From: Thermoproteota archaeon
Lineage (GTDB): Archaea > Korarchaeota > Korarchaeia > Korarchaeales > Korarchaeaceae
NCBI GenBank assembly: GCA_027492205.1
Contig: JAOZFN010000006.1
Location: forward strand, 103,369-167,368
Length of the DNA stretch: 64,000 bases
Direction: 5' to 3'
The notes under the pieces are model-generated. The model did not search any database and had not been told where the DNA came from. It saw only the letters and a program-made list of their open reading frames with translations. This document shows positions 28,713 through 40,298 of the stretch, in pieces. Position numbers and translations under genes: made by a program. Position 1 is the first letter of the stretch, and each line of letters opens with the position of its first letter.

Positions 28713-30547
28713 AGATATTCGCGCTTCATTCGGACAGGATCTGGTATAGGGTTAGGGATAGGGCCGTGGCCTCCGCCCCCGAGCCTGAGGAGCGCGAGGC
28801 CGAGTACGAGGAGGTTCTCGTCCTATTCACCGCCTTTGAGTCCTTTGACGACCAGAGTTCCGTTGACAGCGCGGTCTCAGAGGTCAAGACGCTGGCGAGC
28901 CGCCTCGGAGTGAGCGAACTCGTGCTGTATCCCTGGGTCCACCTCACCGAGGAGCCAGCCCCGTTCCAGAAAGCCCTGGATCTATACACCTCGCTGCTGA
29001 AGTCCTTGGCCGATACGGGCTTCACCGTTCACCCAGTGCCGATCGGCTGGTACAAGGAGTTCGAGATCAAGGTGAAGGGTCACCCACTGGCCGAGTCCCT
29101 GAGGACCATCCGCCCGGAAGGGGAGGGGGAGGCCTCGGTAGAGGAGGAGGCTGAGGAGGTCAGCAGGTTCGTAATTCTCTTTCCCGACGGAAGCGAGCGT
29201 GAAGTAGACGGCTGGGAGTGGATCGAGGACCCCGAGCTCAGGATAGTGGTGCGAAATGAGGTGTTCGGCAAGCCCCCATCCGGCAGGGAGCCCGAGCACA
29301 TACGGCTCATGAGGAGGCTGGAGCTGGTCGACTACGAGCCCTCCTCCGACGTCGGTCACTTCCGCTTCTACCCCGAGGGAACGCTGGTGAAGAGGCTCAT
29401 CGAGGACCTCGCGTTTGAGGTCGCCCACAGGATAGGGGCCATGGAGATCGAGACTCCCCTTCTCTACAGGCTCGACGACCCCGCCATAGCTGGCCAGGCG
29501 GCGAAGTTCAGGGAGAGGAACTACCAGATCCCCATGGGGAAGACCACCCTTATACTGAGGTTCGCCGGCGACTTCGGCCTCTTCTCCATGATGAGAGACA
29601 TGAACATCTCCTATAGGGATCTGCCCCTCAGCTTCTACGAGATCTCCCCATCCTTCAGGCTCGAGCAGAGGGGGGAGTGCGTCGGCCTGAGGAGGCTCAG
29701 GGCCTTCACGATGCCCGACATCCACTCCTTCGTGGCCGACGTGGATCAGGGGATGGAGATGTACGAGCGGTACTTCACGGAGTACCACCGCCTGCTGCGA
29801 GATCTCAACGTGGATTACGCGGTCGTGTTCAGGATCGTGGAGAGCTTCTACGAGAGGCTCAAGCCGGCAATCGTGAGGATGCTGTCGGCCGTAGGCAAGC
29901 CGGCCCTCATAGAGCTTCTCCCAAAGATGAAGCACTACTGGGCCCTAAAGCACGAGTTCCAGGTCGTCGACACCTCTGAGGGGAACGGCCAGCTCAGCAC
30001 GGTCCAGCTGGACGTGGAGGACTCTGAGAGGTACGGTATCTTCTACGTCGACAGGGACGGAAACAAGAGGCCGGGCGTCATAGTCCACACCTCCATGGGG
30101 AGCGTCGAGAGGCTGATGTACGCCATCTTGGAGACCGCGGCGAAGTCGACCGCCAGGGGGGAGAAGCCCTCCCTGCCGGTGTGGCTAGCGCCCACGCAGG
30201 TCAGGGTTATCCCGGTATCGCCGGACAACGCTGAATTTGCCCTCTCCCTCGCTGATAGATTGAATTCAAGCGGAATAAGGGCAGACGTCGATGATAGGGA
30301 GCTGACTCTGGCCAAGAGGATAAGAGAAGCCGAGAGAAGGTGGATTCCCTATGTCGTCGTTGTGGGCAAGCGGGAGCAGGAGACCGGGAGGCTCTCGATC
30401 AGGAGGAGGAGAGACGGCGCTGAATACGAGGCCGGCCTGGTGGAGCTGATCTCTGAGATCAAGTCTCTCACCGAGGGCAAGCCATTCAGGCCTCTAAACG
30501 TCCCTATGAGGCTGAGCAGGAGACCGGTGTTCGTGGGATCCTCCTGA
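28709..30547 (+). CDS. thrS: Threonine--tRNA ligase (archaeal type with N-terminal editing domain)
   Basis: LYPWVHL, KGHPLAE, SFRLEQRGE, RLRAFTMPD.H, HTS.GS.ER, WLAPTQVR. Confidence 0.95.
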   Translation: MKIFALHSDRIWYRVRDRAVASAPEPEEREAEYEEVLVLFTAFESFDDQSSVDSAVSEVKTLASRLGVSELVLYPWVHLTEEPAPFQKALDLYTSLLKSLADTGFTVHPVPIGWYKEFEIKVKGHPLAESLRTIRPEGEGEASVEEEAEEVSRFVILFPDGSEREVDGWEWIEDPELRIVVRNEVFGKPPSGREPEHIRLMRRLELVDYEPSSDVGHFRFYPEGTLVKRLIEDLAFEVAHRIGAMEIETPLLYRLDDPAIAGQAAKFRERNYQIPMGKTTLILRFAGDFGLFSMMRDMNISYRDLPLSFYEISPSFRLEQRGECVGLRRLRAFTMPDIHSFVADVDQGMEMYERYFTEYHRLLRDLNVDYAVVFRIVESFYERLKPAIVRMLSAVGKPALIELLPKMKHYWALKHEFQVVDTSEGNGQLSTVQLDVEDSERYGIFYVDRDGNKRPGVIVHTSMGSVERLMYAILETAAKSTARGEKPSLPVWLAPTQVRVIPVSPDNAEFALSLADRLNSSGIRADVDDRELTLAKRIREAERRWIPYVVVVGKREQETGRLSIRRRRDGAEYEAGLVELISEIKSLTEGKPFRPLNVPMRLSRRPVFVGSS

Positions 30548-30574
30548 CGCGCCGTCCCGCATTAAAGATCAGAG

Positions 30575-30651
30575 TGGCGGCGGGGGTGGGACTCGAACCC
30601 ACGACCGCCCGGTTAACAGCCGGGCGCTCTACCTAGCTGAGCTACCCCGCC
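30575..30651 (-). tRNA. tRNA-Asn (anticodon GUU), CCA encoded, no intron
   Basis: Cloverleaf GGCGGGG...CCCGG-CTGTTAA-CCGGG...GGTTCGAGTCC...CCCCGCCGCCA. Confidence 0.97.
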
Positions 30652-30690
30652 CGGAGGGGGGGAGGAAAGCCCCATAAAAAGGGTTTCCCC

Positions 30691-32934
<2,244 letters not shown>

Positions 32935-32971
32935 TTAGCGCAGGATATGCCCGAGTTATAAGGGGTTCACC

Positions 32972-34087
32972 TCACGCCGAGGAGATCACCGGCTTGCCCC
33001 TGGACTCGAGGTCCCTCACCATCTGCGGCATGACCGCCCAGGTGCTGTGGGCCACTATCTCCTCCCAGTCGTCCTCCACGAACCCGTAGTGAATGGAGGC
33101 CATCAGGAGCTCGTCGAACTCGCTGAAATCGGCGAGGAAACGCTCGTCGCTCAGGGCGAGGATGATCCTGGCGGCCGCGAGGCGCGAGTCCACCTCCCGG
33201 TAGACCGGCCTCTTGCCCCTCACGTTCGCGCGCGACCTGGCCTCCCTCACGAGCACCCCGGCGAGCCTCTCGACCTCTCCCATAGCCCACCTGGCCAGCT
33301 CTGCCTCGACAGGCATGAGCTTGGCCCTCTCCTCGTCTATGGGAAGGTTGGCCCGCACGATCTCCGCTTCTCTGCTCAGCAACTCGCGGACGCGGGCGGA
33401 GCCGCCGTCTAGGCGCTCCGCCGCCCTGGTCTTGACCGCGTTCAGCTGCCCCCACCTGGAGATGTTGACCTCGCTCTCAGGAGTCACGCTGTCAGCTGGC
33501 ACCTCCACGTCCGTCTCGGACGCGAGTGCGTCGAGGACCTCTCCCATGTCGAAGAAGACCAGCGCCTCCCTCACGGCGGCCGCCGGGTCGTCTGAGGCGT
33601 GGACGAGGTTGAGGACCCTGTTGACCCCCTTGAGGTCGTACCTTATCTGACCGGGTCTGCCGGCGTCGGGGGTCGTCGGCCCCAGTATCTCCCTCAACCT
33701 CCCGGCGAGGTGCCCGCTGGCTCCGGGGTTCCCCTTGAGGAGCAGGGCCACGGTAGGCGATGCGGTGTAGACCTTCTCCATGATCCACCAGGAGTTCGCG
33801 TACTTCAGCTTCACGAACTTGTAAAGCTCGTCGATTATCTCAGGCGTGAACCTGGCGATCCTGTAGTCGACGATCCTGAACCCGGCGGACTTCAGCCTCC
33901 TGATGACCTCCGGCGCCAGGCCTCTCGCGTAGCACCCCGGCTTTATCAGGGCGAAGGTGAAGTTCGGCAGCTCTCTCAGGTGGCGGGGGGAGGCCTCCGC
34001 GACGAACCTCTTCTTGAGCTCCACAAAGGCCTGCCTCTCCACCTCGTCCTCGCGTTCGAAGTATGAGAGTGGGTCAGGGGCCCTCAA
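32972..34087 (-). CDS. Nucleoside-diphosphate kinase domain protein with long C-terminal extension
   Basis: TFALIKP, R..LG.T.P....PG.IR, NLVHASD....A.RE...FF, then about 190 aa helical tail. Confidence 0.8.
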   Translation of the reverse strand: MRAPDPLSYFEREDEVERQAFVELKKRFVAEASPRHLRELPNFTFALIKPGCYARGLAPEVIRRLKSAGFRIVDYRIARFTPEIIDELYKFVKLKYANSWWIMEKVYTASPTVALLLKGNPGASGHLAGRLREILGPTTPDAGRPGQIRYDLKGVNRVLNLVHASDDPAAAVREALVFFDMGEVLDALASETDVEVPADSVTPESEVNISRWGQLNAVKTRAAERLDGGSARVRELLSREAEIVRANLPIDEERAKLMPVEAELARWAMGEVERLAGVLVREARSRANVRGKRPVYREVDSRLAAARIILALSDERFLADFSEFDELLMASIHYGFVEDDWEEIVAHSTWAVMPQMVRDLESRGKPVISSA

Positions 34088-36143
34088 TCCCTCTCACCCT
34101 GTAGATTGCGACGTTCGGCACTCCGATGGACCTCCCGCCTATGTGCACAAGATCGAACATCTCCGGGGATGGCCCGTAGGTCTGGTTCTGGAACTCGGAG
34201 ATTGCGTGTAGGCTCAGCTTGAACAGGGACTTCTGCAGCGCGTAGTCCGTCGGGAAGTACCTGTTCGCCTCCTGGACATACTGGAAGAGCCTCGGGATGT
34301 CGTACTCGCCGAACTTGTACGGCTCGGTGTAGGGGCTGTACTCGAACTCCCCCGCGATCCAGCCTATCGCCAGCCACTTTCCGCCGTGCGGGCTGAGGAA
34401 CTGGCCAGTGTAGGGGTCGTAGACCTCCCCGAGTAAGTCGATGATGACGTAGCTGGCGTTGAACCTCATGGCTAGGTCGAGGAGGTCCTCCTCCGACCCC
34501 ATGAAGCCCTTCGCTATCAGCCGGATCTGGGTGCTGTTTATGGTGAGCCCGTCTGCCAGCGTGACGACGTCCGAACCGTAGGCTAACCAGTAACCGTAGT
34601 CCCACCAGGAGATCGCGGTTTGCCGCTCCGCGTTCTCCCTCATGTAGGAGAGGGCGTCGTCCCAGCCCTGGGTGAACCCCAGCCTGTAGTGGGCGGCCAG
34701 CTGATAGGACCTGTAGGCTGTTCCAGAGAGCGGGAGGACCGTGAAGAGGACGACCATGGCGATTGGAAGGGCCAGAACCTTTATCTTGCGGGACAAACCG
34801 ATTTTCTTGGCTTTTCTCCTCTTATTACCCACGGCGAACTTCTTTACCCTGGACTCCCAAACATCCCAAGCCCTGTGGGTGAGGTAGGCCGCGGATAGCG
34901 CCACGAACGGGGAAGCCAGGGGCGGAAGCCTGATCATGGAGTAGGAGAAGTACAGCGTAAGTGTGGTGAAGTATATGACGAGGAGGTGTCCCTTGTCCCT
35001 CCTCCTCTCTAGGAACATGAGCACCAGGCCGAGGAGGGCGGGCAGAAGTATAATCCTCATGCTCCGACCGAGTTCTCGCCCGGTAAACTTGTGCTCGGCA
35101 ACGGTCTCCACCACGCTACCCTTGGGGAGTTCGATCCACGGGAACACCACCCTTGCCAGCCGGTAGGTTAGCGGTTTGTACACTCCCAGGGCGAGGAGGA
35201 CGGCGATCACAGCGCCGAAGGTGGCTAGGGCGGCTATCCTCTCGTCGACCTTCCTGGCGAGGTCTGACCTCAACCTGGGCCAGAGCAGGTAGGCAGCTCC
35301 GGCCAAGAGGGCGCCGTAGACCAGCGTGGTCTCCATGCCGATGTAGACCCTCCTCTGCTTGAGGTGCGGATACAGGGCGATCGAGGAGAGTATCACGTAG
35401 CCCGAGGGCAGTGCCAGCGCGAGGTAGTCCCTCAGGTCGGCCCAGTTGAACGCCATTAGCCCGAGCAGGAAGAGCGGATACCCGTCGTAGAGCGCCCTGA
35501 ACCCAGCCCAGAGCCCCGCCGCGCACACGAGCATCAGACCGCTCAGCCCTGCGAAGAGCAGGGACTTCGACTCGTCCTCCTCCCTCATTGCCCTCAGCGT
35601 GAAGTAGAAGCTGGCCGCCAGGAAGGGAAGAGCGAACTGCTCGTGCCTGTAGAAGCCCGCGATGGTCCTCATGACCGCAGGGTAGCTCACGCTGGCCAGC
35701 ATCGCGGCGGCGAAAGCTGGCACCCTCCTGCCGTCCCACAGGAGCTTGGCGGTGAAGTAGACCGGGAAGACCATGAGGGGCGCGAAGAAGGCGGGCGTGT
35801 ATACCACGACCTCCAGCAGGGAAATGCCTGGCTTAACCAGGGCCGCCAATCGATAGATCAGCGCACCTAGGTAGTAGTGGAGGACCGGCAGCACCCTCGC
35901 GGGGTCGTAAGACCAAGGGTGCCACCCAAGCGGCCAGTAGTGCGGAAGGTGGCCGTGCTCGATGAGATACCTGGTGATCATGTAGTGAAGGAGCGGATCG
36001 TCGGAGGTGAGCTTCACCCCGTAGTTGAGGGCGCTCTGGGCGCGGATGAAGACGCCGGCCGCATACGCCGCGAGAACTAGCGCGGAGTCTATGAGATGAC
36101 CCTTAAGGCCCCTCGAGTCCTCCTTCTTGGTCTTGGCAGGCAC
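34074..36143 (-). CDS. aglB: Oligosaccharyltransferase AglB/STT3
   Basis: DDP..H, R..AGF, ETVAE, SWWDYG, TLADG; many TM helices. Confidence 0.88.
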   Translation of the reverse strand: MPAKTKKEDSRGLKGHLIDSALVLAAYAAGVFIRAQSALNYGVKLTSDDPLLHYMITRYLIEHGHLPHYWPLGWHPWSYDPARVLPVLHYYLGALIYRLAALVKPGISLLEVVVYTPAFFAPLMVFPVYFTAKLLWDGRRVPAFAAAMLASVSYPAVMRTIAGFYRHEQFALPFLAASFYFTLRAMREEDESKSLLFAGLSGLMLVCAAGLWAGFRALYDGYPLFLLGLMAFNWADLRDYLALALPSGYVILSSIALYPHLKQRRVYIGMETTLVYGALLAGAAYLLWPRLRSDLARKVDERIAALATFGAVIAVLLALGVYKPLTYRLARVVFPWIELPKGSVVETVAEHKFTGRELGRSMRIILLPALLGLVLMFLERRRDKGHLLVIYFTTLTLYFSYSMIRLPPLASPFVALSAAYLTHRAWDVWESRVKKFAVGNKRRKAKKIGLSRKIKVLALPIAMVVLFTVLPLSGTAYRSYQLAAHYRLGFTQGWDDALSYMRENAERQTAISWWDYGYWLAYGSDVVTLADGLTINSTQIRLIAKGFMGSEEDLLDLAMRFNASYVIIDLLGEVYDPYTGQFLSPHGGKWLAIGWIAGEFEYSPYTEPYKFGEYDIPRLFQYVQEANRYFPTDYALQKSLFKLSLHAISEFQNQTYGPSPEMFDLVHIGGRSIGVPNVAIYRVRGIEGP

Positions 36144-36187
36144 GAGCCAGGCCGCCAGGCGGTCTATAAATTACTTGACCCGACGGA

Positions 36188-36496
36188 TCACGAGCCCCCC
36201 ACGCGCCTCAGTTCCTCTTCTACGGACTCCTTCAGCGCCCCAAACTCATCTTTGAGAAGCCGAAGGGCCTCGAAGATCTTCCTAACGGGGTCCCCATCCT
36301 TGGACCTGACGTAGAGCACCCCCTCCTCTTTCAGCGGGTGCGGAACGTCGTACCCGGCGAAGTCAACGCCCACCTTGTGCAGGGCCTTCACCAGCGGGTC
36401 CAGCAGCGTGTAGGTCTCACCCCGAACCCGGACGGTGACGAGGTCTCCGTCTCTCTCTATGGAGACCTCCAACCTCTCCTCCTGCTCGCCGCTCAA
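36188..36496 (-). CDS. rpoL: RNA polymerase subunit Rpo11 (L)
   Basis: GETYTL, VDFAGY.VPHPL; context next to csl4. Confidence 0.9.
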   Translation of the reverse strand: MSGEQEERLEVSIERDGDLVTVRVRGETYTLLDPLVKALHKVGVDFAGYDVPHPLKEEGVLYVRSKDGDPVRKIFEALRLLKDEFGALKESVEEELRRVGGS

Positions 36497-37119
36497 CTCT
36501 CCTCCCCCTTGAGCCTAGTGATGACCACCTCAGGAGGCGCCCTGAACCAGAAGACGCCGTCCTCATCTTCCTCGATGAGGCCCTCCTCCAAGGCCTCCTC
36601 TAGGACGTCCAGGAACGGCCTGCCGGAGACGTAGGCGGCGGCCACGAGGGTCTCCCTGACCTTTCTCTGCCTTATCTCGGCCCTGGCCTCCGTGACGAGG
36701 TCCTGAAGTTCGGCCACCATCTCCTGGAACTCATCCGGCGTCACGTCCGTGACCAGCTCGTCGCCCACCCACCCGACCTCGTGACCGGCCGCCTCCAGCG
36801 CGGTCGTCAAGAGGCTGTAGGACACCCATCCCCTGCGCTCGTCTATCCAGTCCCTGGGGTACCTCCTGGTGGGACCCTCGGCGTGGACGAGGGCGAAGTT
36901 CCTGTAGGCCGACCGGGCGACCCTCTCGGCCCTGGTCATCTCCTCCTTGGTCCCGTAAACGGTGATGTAAAGCTTTCCGGGCACGGCGAACCTGTAGCTG
37001 TAGTCCAGCCCCTCCATCTTCCTCTCGAGGTAGTCGAGGAAGTCCGACAGACTCTCCTGGCTGACGTTGAGCACGAAGCTCCTCTTCTCGATCCTCTTTA
37101 GGCCGCCGTGCCTCACCAA
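36493..37119 (-). CDS. Conserved archaeal protein (DUF2067-like)
   Basis: Position between csl4 and rpoL; FL..L, I.V.G....., LEE..EEG.I pattern. Confidence 0.6.
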   Translation of the reverse strand: MVRHGGLKRIEKRSFVLNVSQESLSDFLDYLERKMEGLDYSYRFAVPGKLYITVYGTKEEMTRAERVARSAYRNFALVHAEGPTRRYPRDWIDERRGWVSYSLLTTALEAAGHEVGWVGDELVTDVTPDEFQEMVAELQDLVTEARAEIRQRKVRETLVAAAYVSGRPFLDVLEEALEEGLIEEDEDGVFWFRAPPEVVITRLKGEES

Positions 37120-37120
37120 C

Positions 37121-37687
37121 TCACACCGTCCCCCTGAACGGGTTTTTGCCATATAAGTCGCTTACCCTCCTGTCCAGAACCACCCTACCGCAGTCCTCGC
37201 AGACCAGCGTGTAGCCCACCCTCTTCAGCGGGGCCCCACACTTCGGGCACCTGGCCAGGATTACCCCCAGCGAGGGGCCCGCCATCGTCAGGACAACCTG
37301 CTCCGAGTCGGACCTCATCACCCTGGCCAGGATGAGGTCGCCGGGCCTGGCTCCCTGGTTGGCCGGGTGAGACTTCAGCATGATCCCTGATATGGGCTCC
37401 TGAAGCCTGATCGGCCGCTTCCCAGCGATCCCGATAATCTTGACGTGGTGCAGGGCTCTCTCAGTCCCCCACACCACACCGACAACTTCCGTCCCGGGCT
37501 TGAGCGGGAGCAACGGCCTCCTAAGAGGTTCAACTCTGACCTTGCCCCCTTCCACGACGAAGTAGCCGAGCCTGGTCGACCTGACCTTACCCTCAGCGTC
37601 CACGTAAGCTCCCTCTCCCGGAAGAACCTCCTCGATGACCCCCAGAGGCTCACCGGGGATCACAAGCCTCTTCTGATCTTTGGACAT
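37121..37687 (-). CDS. csl4: Exosome subunit Csl4
   Basis: VIPGE.LG..EE..PGEG.Y, S1 region, LGVI.ARCPKCG...C..CG Zn ribbon. Confidence 0.9.
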   Translation of the reverse strand: MSKDQKRLVIPGEPLGVIEEVLPGEGAYVDAEGKVRSTRLGYFVVEGGKVRVEPLRRPLLPLKPGTEVVGVVWGTERALHHVKIIGIAGKRPIRLQEPISGIMLKSHPANQGARPGDLILARVMRSDSEQVVLTMAGPSLGVILARCPKCGAPLKRVGYTLVCEDCGRVVLDRRVSDLYGKNPFRGTV

Positions 37688-37698
37688 GCAATCACCCC

Positions 37699-38334
37699 TC
37701 AGGGAGGCTCCTCGTCATATAAGCGTTCGAATCTGAGGACCTCAACGCCCACCTCGACGCTCTTCCTTCTGTGGAATTTGAACCTCCTGGCAATGGAAAA
37801 AGGATATCGCCGCACGTGCGTCAGCTCGGCGCCGAGCCTGGAGGCGGCCCCGGCGAGGAATTCGGCGTTCCCCTCCCTGTGAATGGAGTAAACCACCCTC
37901 CCGGACCTGAGGGCCCTCACTAGGAAGGTTAGGTCGGGGACGCCACCCCGGATGCCGAACGGCGGGTTCATGACCACCGTGTCCACGGCCTCCCTGAAGT
38001 CCACCACGTCGCTCACGTAGATCCTCACCCTATCCGCCACGCCCAACCTCCAGGCGTTCCTCCACGCCGTGACCACCGCAAGCGGATCCACGTCGATGCA
38101 GACGACCTCCCTCGCGCCGAGCAGGGCCGCGCCCAGCCCCAGCACCCCCGATCCGCAGCCGAGGTCGGCGACGATCCTCCCCTCGATGTCGCCCAGGTCG
38201 AACGCCCACGCGAGAACCTGGGACGCAAGCTCGGGGGGAGTCTCGTACTGCTCCAGCTCCGGCTTCGGGTTTGGAAGGGGCTCGAGGGAAGAGAGGAGCC
38301 TGGCGAGCTTCCCCTCGGAGGGCCTACCCGCCAC
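37699..38334 (-). CDS. METTL5-like RNA methyltransferase (COG2263)
   Basis: LEQYETP, DLGCGSG, MNPPFG, VYSIH, FH. Confidence 0.9.
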   Translation of the reverse strand: MAGRPSEGKLARLLSSLEPLPNPKPELEQYETPPELASQVLAWAFDLGDIEGRIVADLGCGSGVLGLGAALLGAREVVCIDVDPLAVVTAWRNAWRLGVADRVRIYVSDVVDFREAVDTVVMNPPFGIRGGVPDLTFLVRALRSGRVVYSIHREGNAEFLAGAASRLGAELTHVRRYPFSIARRFKFHRRKSVEVGVEVLRFERLYDEEPP

Positions 38335-38836
38335 CGGAGATCCTCTCTACCACCAGCCTCGTCATGTGGGGGAGCTTCCTCTTGCCGACGCTCAGGCAGT
38401 ACTTGCCCTCCTCTAAGTCCTCCTCCTTGACCCTGAGGAGGAGGATGGTCTGCCCCCTCCTGACCTGGGCGGCTCTACCGTCGGGCTTGCCGAAGGCGAG
38501 CCTCATGCCCTTCTGGAGCCTCTCCGCCTTGTGCACACCCGCCATCGCGTGCTTCCTGAGGATGTGGTGCGGGTAGGGCACCACCTTGAAGAAGTACTCG
38601 CCGCTCACTATCCTCTTCCTGAGCTGCGAGAGCACGGCCATCCTGGCGGCCTCCATGGCGTTGGCCCTCAGCTGGAAGCTGGCGGTGGCCTCGACCCTGA
38701 TCTCGTAGTCGTAGTCCAGGTTTGGGTTGCCGTGGTCGAACTTCTGGATCTTGCTGTAGGGTATGCTCTTGATGTACTCCTTGCGGGTGTAGGGCCTCTG
38801 GATTGCCCTGTAGTTCCGGGCCGGTCTCAGCGACAT
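38324..38836 (-). CDS. rpl10e: 50S ribosomal protein L10e (uL16)
   Basis: RPAR.YR....PYTR.EY, YPHHILR, GMR.AFGKP.G.AA. Confidence 0.95.
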   Translation of the reverse strand: MSLRPARNYRAIQRPYTRKEYIKSIPYSKIQKFDHGNPNLDYDYEIRVEATASFQLRANAMEAARMAVLSQLRKRIVSGEYFFKVVPYPHHILRKHAMAGVHKAERLQKGMRLAFGKPDGRAAQVRRGQTILLLRVKEEDLEEGKYCLSVGKRKLPHMTRLVVERISGGG

Positions 38837-38837
38837 A

Positions 38838-39539
38838 TCAATCACCCACCATCGCGTCTCTTATCCTCCTCACCGCCCCGAGCGCGTAGAGGGTCTCCTC
38901 CTCGGTAAGCCCGCAGGGAAACACCCTCCCGATCACCCGGCGGGCCATGAGGCGGAGCCTCCTCCTCTTGTGCTCGGGCAGGTCTACGCGGTCGATGATG
39001 TCGTCGAGGTACTTAAGCATTATCTCGACGGTCTTCCTCTCCGGGGGCCTGATGTCCATCTCCCCGGCGTCAATCGCCATCCTGAACTCGTATAGCACTA
39101 CCGCCACCGCGTTGGCCAGGTTCAGCGTCGGGTACTCCCCCGAGGTCGGAATCGTGATCAGGACGTCGCACCTGGTGAGCTCCTCGTTGGTCAGGCCGGT
39201 CGACTCCCTGCCGAACACAAGGGCGTACTCGGCGTCCCACCTCAGGCTCTGGACGTACTGCCTGAGCGGCACGACCTGCCTGAGGATCGACCCCGGCGAG
39301 CCTGGCTTCGCGGTGGTGCCGACCACCACGTGGGCGCCCTCGAACGCCTCCTCTAGGGAGGTCACGACCCTCGCCCCCTCCAGGACGTCCCTCGCCCTCA
39401 TGGCCGCGGCGTAGGCCCTGTCGAACGACTCGAACATGGGGTTCACGAGGTAGAGCCTCCTGAAGCCGAAGTTCTTCATGGCCCTGGCTATCGAGCCAAC
39501 GTTTATTGCGTTCTCGGGCTCGACCAAGATCACTCTCAT
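38838..39539 (-). CDS. trmJ: tRNA (C32/U32-2'-O)-methyltransferase, TrmJ family
   Basis: VEP...NVG.IARAMKNFG, LVFGRE..GLTNEE, IPT...YP.LNL. Confidence 0.9.
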   Translation of the reverse strand: MRVILVEPENAINVGSIARAMKNFGFRRLYLVNPMFESFDRAYAAAMRARDVLEGARVVTSLEEAFEGAHVVVGTTAKPGSPGSILRQVVPLRQYVQSLRWDAEYALVFGRESTGLTNEELTRCDVLITIPTSGEYPTLNLANAVAVVLYEFRMAIDAGEMDIRPPERKTVEIMLKYLDDIIDRVDLPEHKRRRLRLMARRVIGRVFPCGLTEEETLYALGAVRRIRDAMVGD

Positions 39540-39570
39540 CGTCGCCAACGGAACCACCAGGTGACCGAGA

Positions 39571-40251
39571 TTGCTGGAACTCCTGCCAGACTTAATAACG
39601 CTCATCGGGCTCGAGATCGGCTTCCAGTCCATCTACCTCGCCGCGACGGGCAGGTTCTACGAGGCCGCGAGGCTGTTCTTCCTCGCCCTCTTCTTCGACT
39701 ACCTGGACGGGCTGGCCGCCAGGCTGCTCGGGACCGAGTCTCCCAGGGGGGAGGTTCTGGACAGGGCGGTGGACAGGATAAACCAGTGCGTGGCCCCGGC
39801 AGTGCTCTACGCGGCTGCCGGAGGTCCTCTGGAGAGCGCGGTGGCCTCCCTGCTCGTGATAATAGGGATTGTGAGGCTGTCCATACCCAAGGACTCGCGA
39901 TACTTCAGGGGGGCGCCCCTGTTCATCCCGGCCCTGTTGATCGAGTGCTCCGTACTGGCGGGTCTGGACCTGCACCCCCTGATCCTGCTCCCCTTCATTC
40001 TGGCGACGGGCCTCCCCATCCCCTACCCGAGGTCCCAGGCAACGTCGGTGGGGGAGGGGAGCGGGTGGAGGAGGTTCCTCTGGGGCCTCAGGCCGATCCT
40101 CCCGCTGGTCATGGTCTTGGGGCCTACCGAGCTGGTCTCGCCCCTGTCCAAGGCGGTCGTCATCTTAGCGGCGGCCTACACCCTCGTTGGGCCGGCGATA
40201 GCCAGGATGAGGTGGGTGGGGGAGCCAATCTGGGCCAAAAATAGGGGGTGA
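39571..40251 (+). CDS. CDP-alcohol phosphatidyltransferase family protein
   Basis: DYLDGLAAR...SPRGEVLD..VD signature; F.G.P downstream; TM helices. Confidence 0.85.
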   Translation: MLELLPDLITLIGLEIGFQSIYLAATGRFYEAARLFFLALFFDYLDGLAARLLGTESPRGEVLDRAVDRINQCVAPAVLYAAAGGPLESAVASLLVIIGIVRLSIPKDSRYFRGAPLFIPALLIECSVLAGLDLHPLILLPFILATGLPIPYPRSQATSVGEGSGWRRFLWGLRPILPLVMVLGPTELVSPLSKAVVILAAAYTLVGPAIARMRWVGEPIWAKNRG

Positions 40252-40298
40252 ACTTGGGCCCGACCCCCCTGAGATCAAAAGAGGGGGCCCCGGAGGGC

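Noticed and set aside
11365-30651. Integrated element at tRNA-Arg or tRNA-Asn
   Set aside because: No integrase and no duplicated tRNA 3' end; only an 8-nt match at 50156, too short to count
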